Positions 57,874-64,000 of a stretch of 64,000 nt of DNA are shown piece after piece. Below the pieces are notes generated by a model that was not told the DNA's origin, did not search any database, and saw only the letters and a program-made list of their open reading frames with translations. The translations under genes and the position numbers were made by a program. The number at the start of each line of letters is the position of its first letter. The first letter of the stretch is position 1. This DNA comes from the human T2T-CHM13v2.0 reference genome, Homo sapiens. The DNA lies in the NCBI RefSeq assembly GCF_009914755.1, contig NC_060943.1; one strand, written 5' to 3'.

Positions 57874-58899
57874 TCTGCTACTCTTAAGTCTTGAGACCTG
57901 TCCTCTTGCTGGAGGTAAGAGTCTCTATATAGGCTGCCACAGAGTTAATTGCCAGCCAATGCCATTGTTCCCAAATTACTATTTGCCCCATATTTCTTAG
58001 CCTCCAGATACATTTTTTTACATGCCAGGGCATTTTCTTCCACTGGTACGCCATCCTAGTTTATCATCAATAAACATTTTAACGGAGGCATTACTGCCTC
58101 TGGCCTTGTGCCACAGCTGCCTGTGCTCCACCTACCACCAATGCTGGGGACCTCCTTGCTGGCTGGTTGGCAGGTGATTCAACCCTAACATTTCATCTTA
58201 GCATCTGCTCTCTCTGCCCCACTGGCACTGACTGTCGGGTTCCTGGGAAAGAGACTCTGAAGAAGTGCAGGAGGTGAATTGCACGGGGCTGGGAGGGAGG
58301 TGCCCTCTGATCAACACCTGTAAGGGAACGAAGGAAGCAGGAGTGAGGGCACCGGGTGGGGATTTAGTCTGCCAGTCCCACAGGGAGCTCTGGAGCTGGG
58401 ATATTCCCACAGAATTGACCTGAATTGATGCAAGGGGGCTGTGCCTTTATACCACACATCAACTAGTGTCTGGATGCAGGCAGCCCCTTGGGTGAGGGGA
58501 CTTTGTCCAGCTGAGACCACTCTCTGGAGAGAGACCCAGCCAAGCTGCAGGGCTGTGATTTCACAATCTCACCTGACCCCAGCCTCCCTGCACCCTTCAC
58601 CTCTGGCTCCCAGCCCCTGCTGTCCTGGCTCCTCCATTCCACATGGGACAAGGAGTGACTAAGGTTTACTTGACTGGGGCGGAGACAGTTTTTCCAAATT
58701 CCTTTGCTTATTCAAGGATCATTGAAAATTAATTGTAGCTGGTGTTATTGAACTCACAGCAGTCTTTAGTTTTATAAAAGCCTTTTCCTTCCAAGTGTTG
58801 CCATTTGGTGTTACTGAGATACAAGCAAGATGTCTGCAAAACTAAAATAGCATTTTTTTAAAAAACATGGCACTTTAGAGTTCTAAAATATGTTCACAT

Positions 58900-59300
58900 C
58901 GTTTTTTATCAATTTGATTGAGGTGTAATTTATAAACAAGAAAACACATGCATTGTTTATCAAATGTATTCCATCACCCCAATTGGAGACGTGAAACATT
59001 TCCCCCACCCCAGAACATTCCCTCGTGTTCCTGCTCACTCACTCCCCGCACCGCCCCCGGCAACCACTGATCTTATTCCATCTCTAGAGATTCATTTTGC
59101 CTGTTCTAGAATTTTACATAAGTGAGATCCTACAGTGTGTGTTCCTTTATGCCTGGCTGATTTTGCACAGCAAAATGTTTGTGAAATTCATCCATGATCG
59201 TCATGTATATGAGTAGTTGGTGTTTTTCTTACAGGCAAGCAGTATTCCGTAGAATGGATGTACCATGTTCATTTATCAGTTTGCCTGTTGATGGGCATGT
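58900..59300 (-). mobile_element. Old L1 (L1MB/ME) 3' fragment
   Basis: 'ggcaaccactgatc...ttttgcctgttctagaattttacataagtgagatcctacagt' L1M 3'UTR motif. Confidence 0.75.
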
Positions 59301-60084
59301 TCTTTGAGTTTCCTGACACAGCATACCTGGACACAGGCCATGTTGTCTTTAGTGACATTCAGGCAGGAGGAGTGACCTAGTCACAGCCATGCGGCCAGGA
59401 GTTAGTGGGAGGTGAGTTCTGCGAAGCAGGGGGCCTGACTTCACTCCATTCCAGCGTCACCTAACAAAAGACCCTAGAAAACAAGGATCTGGCCAGATAA
59501 CTGGTACATTTTGTTCTTTTTTTTTTTTCAAGGCATTTATTTTTCCATAAGATGCTCTGGTCATTTTCTTTGGATGCTACTTGAGTTAGCATCCTGCCAA
59601 GCAATATGAATTCTCCTTTTTAAATCAGGGCGATGGTAATTGAGGGGCAGACCTGCAGAGCAATCGGTTTGGGCACATGCATGTCAAACGGACTATATAT
59701 CATGACATCAGACATTTTGAGAAAATTGCTGTTCCTCCCTGAATGTCAAGTCATAAATAATTTCAGGTTGGGGAGAGCTCTGGTAAGCATATGTTTGACT
59801 CCAGGGAATGGCCTGTAAATATGGTGGGCCAGAGAATAAAGAACGAGGGGGCAGATTTGTGGGGTCACTTCTGGTCTGGACCTTGCTATAACTTGTTGTA
59901 GAGAAGCCATAGGTGCCCCACTCAGACACACTTCAGCGGGCAGGTGCGCCCTTCCCCTGCTGCAGTTAGTGGGGACAGCTAATTGCTCACAGCTGCACCC
60001 GTCCTTAGAGATCTGACCTCAGCTGATAGGATACTCCTCTTCTGGAAGGCGACACCTTCCCCCTGGAGTTGGCCTGCAACCCAT

Positions 60085-60200
60085 TCACATGCTGGTAAAC
60101 CCCTTCTCCAGGGAGGAAGAGAATAGAGCCCTGATTTGTAGCACTTGCCAATATCTATGGTGTAAATACTCCCACTGCATCCAGCTCTAAGCTACCATGT
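60085..60200. mobile_element. MER63-like hAT fragment
   Basis: 'gccctgatttgtagcacttgccaat...tggtgtaaatactcccac...aagctacca'. Confidence 0.55.
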
Positions 60201-60495
60201 AAAAATAAACAATACGTTGCTTAGGGGATATAGACATATGCCACACACACATACACACACACACACATACACACTACTAAGAAGAGAAAGGAATGATAAA
60301 CACAGAATTCTGTGAAGTGATTACCCCGGCAGGAGCAGGAGAGGGCTGTCCAAGAGGGGCAAAGAGGGAGCGTCAATGATATTGATAGAATTCTGTTTCT
60401 GAAACTGGGTGGTGAATACCTGGCTGTTTGTTTTCTTCGTCTTTATAGTGTTATATATTTTCTTTTGCATGAATGAAATGTTTCATGACAAAAAA
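60200..60495 (+). mobile_element. L1ME-like 3' end with internal (CA)n
   Basis: 'aaggaatgataaacacagaattc...ttctgtttctgaaactgggtggtgaatac'. Confidence 0.6.
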
Positions 60496-61379
60496 CAAGT
60501 CTAAGGAAGGCTTTTAAGCTTTGAGATTTTTTTTTAACTGACACACAAGGGGGGTTCCTAGCTCTTTGTGGAGGCCGAGGAGGTGGCTCAGCGGGTCTCC
60601 TGGCTCCCCTGCACTTGCCCGCTGGGTATGATGACAAAGTCCACACTTCTAATGAGTTCTGGTGGAGAAGGAACATGGCCTGGGGAAGGAGATTTTCCTT
60701 TCCCTCAGGACAGGCAGGAAGAGGAGGTGGATGAGGGGCTGTCCACAGAGCTGTCCCGTCCAGTGCTCCCTCCTGCCAAGGACCCAGGGGAATGCCGCCT
60801 GCCACTCACCCAAAGCCAGGCTGTTCGCACTGTCTGATCCACGGCATCTAGGGCCTTAATCAATAGTCATGTAGCTATGCCCCAGGCACTCGCCAGGCCC
60901 AGGCACTCAGCTTCCACTGGATGGCGGTGAGCTCAGGGACCCTCCACATCCCCCATTATCATCTCCACTCTCCAAGGGCAGAAGTGCAGGACCTAATGGG
61001 TCCGAACCTGACCAAGTCCCCACACCTGGTGAGAAGTGGAGACACAGCTTCTGCCAGGACAGATGGGGCCTGCAGCCCATGCTCTGGCCATCACACAGGG
61101 CTACCCGCTCGTTGGTGCCAGCGCCGCTGGGCAGGCTCATGGCCGTGTCGCCCCAGGTTCCTTTCCCCTGAGCCTTCCTGGCCTGAGGTTCCACTTCTGC
61201 TCACAGCTTCTGCTGGGGTCCCAGCTGGGGAGGGGGAGATGAAAGGTCTGGCCCAGATCTGGGACCCAGGGTCTCTTACTGTCTCAACATGGTGTTGGGG
61301 GTGGCTCCTGCAGGTTCCTTCAGCAAGCCCACAGGCCCGGCTGCTCACCTTGTCCTCTATTGCAGGAGACGCACACAGC

Positions 61380-61520
61380 CTTGGACAGTAAGCCCTGATT
61401 TCCCATTATACAGATAGTGAAACTGAGGCTGCAGGCAGGTAAATTGCTGCCGCTCCTGGGCCCTTAGGAGGCTCTCACAGCTCAGATCCTCAGTGTCTAG
61501 GCCACTTTGCTTCATCCAGA
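61380..61520 (-). mobile_element. MIR
   Basis: 'cccattatacagatagtgaaactgaggctgcag'. Confidence 0.65.
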
Positions 61521-61904
61521 AGCCAGTGCAGTGAGGAAGGAGAGGCCACACCATGGATAAGTGTGTGACAGGCCTTGGAGGAGAAGGCAGGTGAAGGCAT
61601 CAGGACCGAAGGCTCACTCGGAGGAGAGCCTCAAGGAGTGAGGCTGGGAAGCTCCCACCCAACAGGCGCACACCCCTGAGGGCATCAGAGGAATTCAGGA
61701 CGCCATGTGAGATGAGGCCTGGGTGGTGCCAGAGGGACAGCAGCAAGGGGGGCCCCCAGCAGGAGAGGCCCTGGTGGGCAGAAGGGGTGTGCATGCCCCA
61801 GGGATGGCAGCAAAAGCAGCTATGTCCGGGGCTCCCCCACCTCACCACAGGTCCCGCCTTGCAGCCATGAACAAAGCTCTGAGGGAAAGCAGCAGGTGGC
61901 TAGG

Positions 61905-62250
61905 AGAGCACACCCGGAGCCAGGGACAACTGAGTTTGATCCCTGAGTTCAATCCCTGGCTCAGCCACTGGCCAGCTGTGTGACCTTAGTGGCTAAATAT
62001 GTGTATATCACAGCTTCATCAGTGTCAAGCTGGGGCAAAATAATAACCTTTCTCCCACCAGCCACCCACCATCCTCCTACCATCCCCCCTCCATCCTCCT
62101 ATCATCCCCCCTCCATCCTCCCCATCATCCCCCCATCTCCCCACCATCCCCCCACCAACCAACCACCAATCTCATGGCCTTCTGTAGGGGCCGATGCTAT
62201 GAGCTCTTCACAACACATGGGTGGCTGGAATCAGTGGGTGCTCAATGAAC
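61905..62250 (+). mobile_element. MIR interrupted by a C-rich (CCAT/CCATCC)n tract at 62055-62170
   Basis: 'cctgagttcaatccctggctcagccactggccagctgtgtgaccttag' and 'cagtgggtgctcaatgaa'. Confidence 0.65.
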
Positions 62251-64000
62251 CCCATCACAGATGAAGACAGCGGTGATGAGGCACAGGGCAGGGTCAGGCT
62301 CTGCCTCTAAGTCCCTGGGTGGTCACTAGGGCCAGTAACTTGGGCAGGTCCTGCAGCCCTCAGTCTTACTGCTACTCACCCACCTCCCTCCCAGGCACTG
62401 TGGGTGCTAGAGGCCAGTGGGTGCACCTCCCTGAGGCCCCAGGCTGCTGAGCCAGGAGACCCAGGGTCAGGCTCCAAAGGGAGGAAGGACATGTGCCCTT
62501 AGCTATGGGTGGGTTGTATGTCACGTGCTGTGCGCTGTCCAGCTGGCGCACCAAGCACCCAGCTCATGAAAGGGTCCGGGTCGTGGCCCTCATCGTGCAG
62601 CAGCCATTGGCAGGTGCGTTGTGCCTTGCTTCCTGCCTTTCTCCTGTCCACAGGCTGCACTCTCTGAGTCCTCCCTGAGGCCTGGCGCCCCAGCTAGGTG
62701 TGGTCCAGGAAGCTGGCATGGCTGGGAGACCGAAACGCCCTGAGACGGGCCAGAGGCTCAGGCCTGGAAGGACCCTGAGAAGGCAGGGCCCCTCGCCAAG
62801 GGGGTGCAACAAGGTGGTCTGGAACCCAAGAGAGGAGGGTGACCTAAGGGGGGTGGTGACAGCATGAGGTCACAGGGGTCATCAAGTGCTAGTTAAGCAG
62901 GGTCAGCAGGGTTGGGAGGATGCACTTTTGGGCAGGGTCCTATTACTTGAGTAGGGTCCTGGCTGAGTTCAACTGCTCCAGCCTCTCCTAACTAGCCGTC
63001 TGCTATAGGGGCTGTGGTCACCAGCATAGGCACACGCTGGGACAGACCTCAGGGTTTCCTGCTCAGTCCCCTCTGGGGCTACCCCCAGGACCCCAGGGCC
63101 TGGATCTGAGAGCCATCCATCCGGGAGGAGAAGCCACCAGAGTTGGCACATCCCTGTGTCCTGGGCCACTCTGCCTCTGCATCCCACACCCCGCCCCTGT
63201 ATCCCCCACCCCTAAGCCTCGGGATAAGCCATCCCTGAAGGCTGCTGGAGGCGAGAGCCACTCCCCAGTGTCCACCAGCCGCTCAGTTTCCCATCAGGGT
63301 CCAGAAGTATTGATTCTCTTAATTGGTTGCCCATAGGGAACCAAAGAATAAAACCAGGCAAAGCAAAATAGAGCATTCTTTTTCGTTTTCCAGAAGTGTG
63401 ATCAGCAAAGCCTCACGGTTCTCTTACAAGGCCCCAGGCACCAGCCGCCCACCCCCAACGGAGGGAAGAGGCAGTGGTGGGCCCTGGGCCAAGCCTCCTG
63501 GCTGGGGCATCTGATACCCTTTCAGACCGAGCCTCTCCAGGCTCGGTCCAGGCTCACCACTGGTACCCCTCAGCAGCAGGCAGATGCACCCCCACCCCCA
63601 CCCAGCCCTGCAACCCTCCCAGCCAAGCCAGGGAGGGCCTGAGGATTTCATTATGAGCTCAGATTATCATCAAGGACAAGGGGGAGTGATGGGGAAGTTA
63701 CAAGCTCTCCTTTTAATAATGAATCCCATTTCCTCTTGGAGTTGGTTTTCTTGCAACAGATGCTGTTGCAGAAAATGGAACAAAATGGAAAAGATAAAAA
63801 GGCAAGTCATTAACGTGGCCAAAAAGCCTTCCCAGCAGATGTTGGGGATGGCGGGGCAGGGTGCCCACAGCCTGCCCACCGCACCCTCGCTTGGCCCGGC
63901 TGACCAGCTGCCACGGCAGGGACCCATATGTTCTCAGGATTCACGGCTTGGCTCGGTGTTGGGAAGCACAGAGCCACCCTCCCGCTGTTCAATAACTGAT

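Overview
Primate (very probably human, chr19q13.11) genomic DNA from inside the CHST8 gene (GalNAc-4-O-sulfotransferase 1), + strand. The only real protein-coding sequence I can support is the first coding exon of CHST8 (exon 1873-2088, ATG 1959, MTLRPGTMRLACMFSSILLFGAAGLLLFISLQDPTELAPQQVP/G). The rest (2089-64000) is one long intron. It is filled with about 27 Alu/FLAM copies, old L1 (L1PB, L1MB/MC/ME), MIR/L2, MER1A/MER5A/MER63 DNA transposons, many LTRs (THE1B, MLT1, LTR26, three MER41, MLT2A, MER21, MST), a decayed ERVL-class provirus and simple repeats. The other track ORFs are chance ORFs in GC-rich or repetitive DNA. I see no prokaryote-style novel system. The most notable observations are: (1) a stop-free overlapping upstream ORF with a better start context than the CHST8 ATG; (2) a MER21 LTR holding both a ~100-nt pri-miRNA-like fold-back and a ~220-bp inverted copy of neighbouring DNA that predates a MER41 insertion; (3) three MER41 LTRs within 7 kb, two retaining STAT GAS motifs; (4) an Alu with a perfect 26-bp palindrome plus a 3x37-bp triplication; (5) a dispersed 83-bp duplication. 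Repeat subfamily names come from recalled consensus sequences, not from RepeatMasker.
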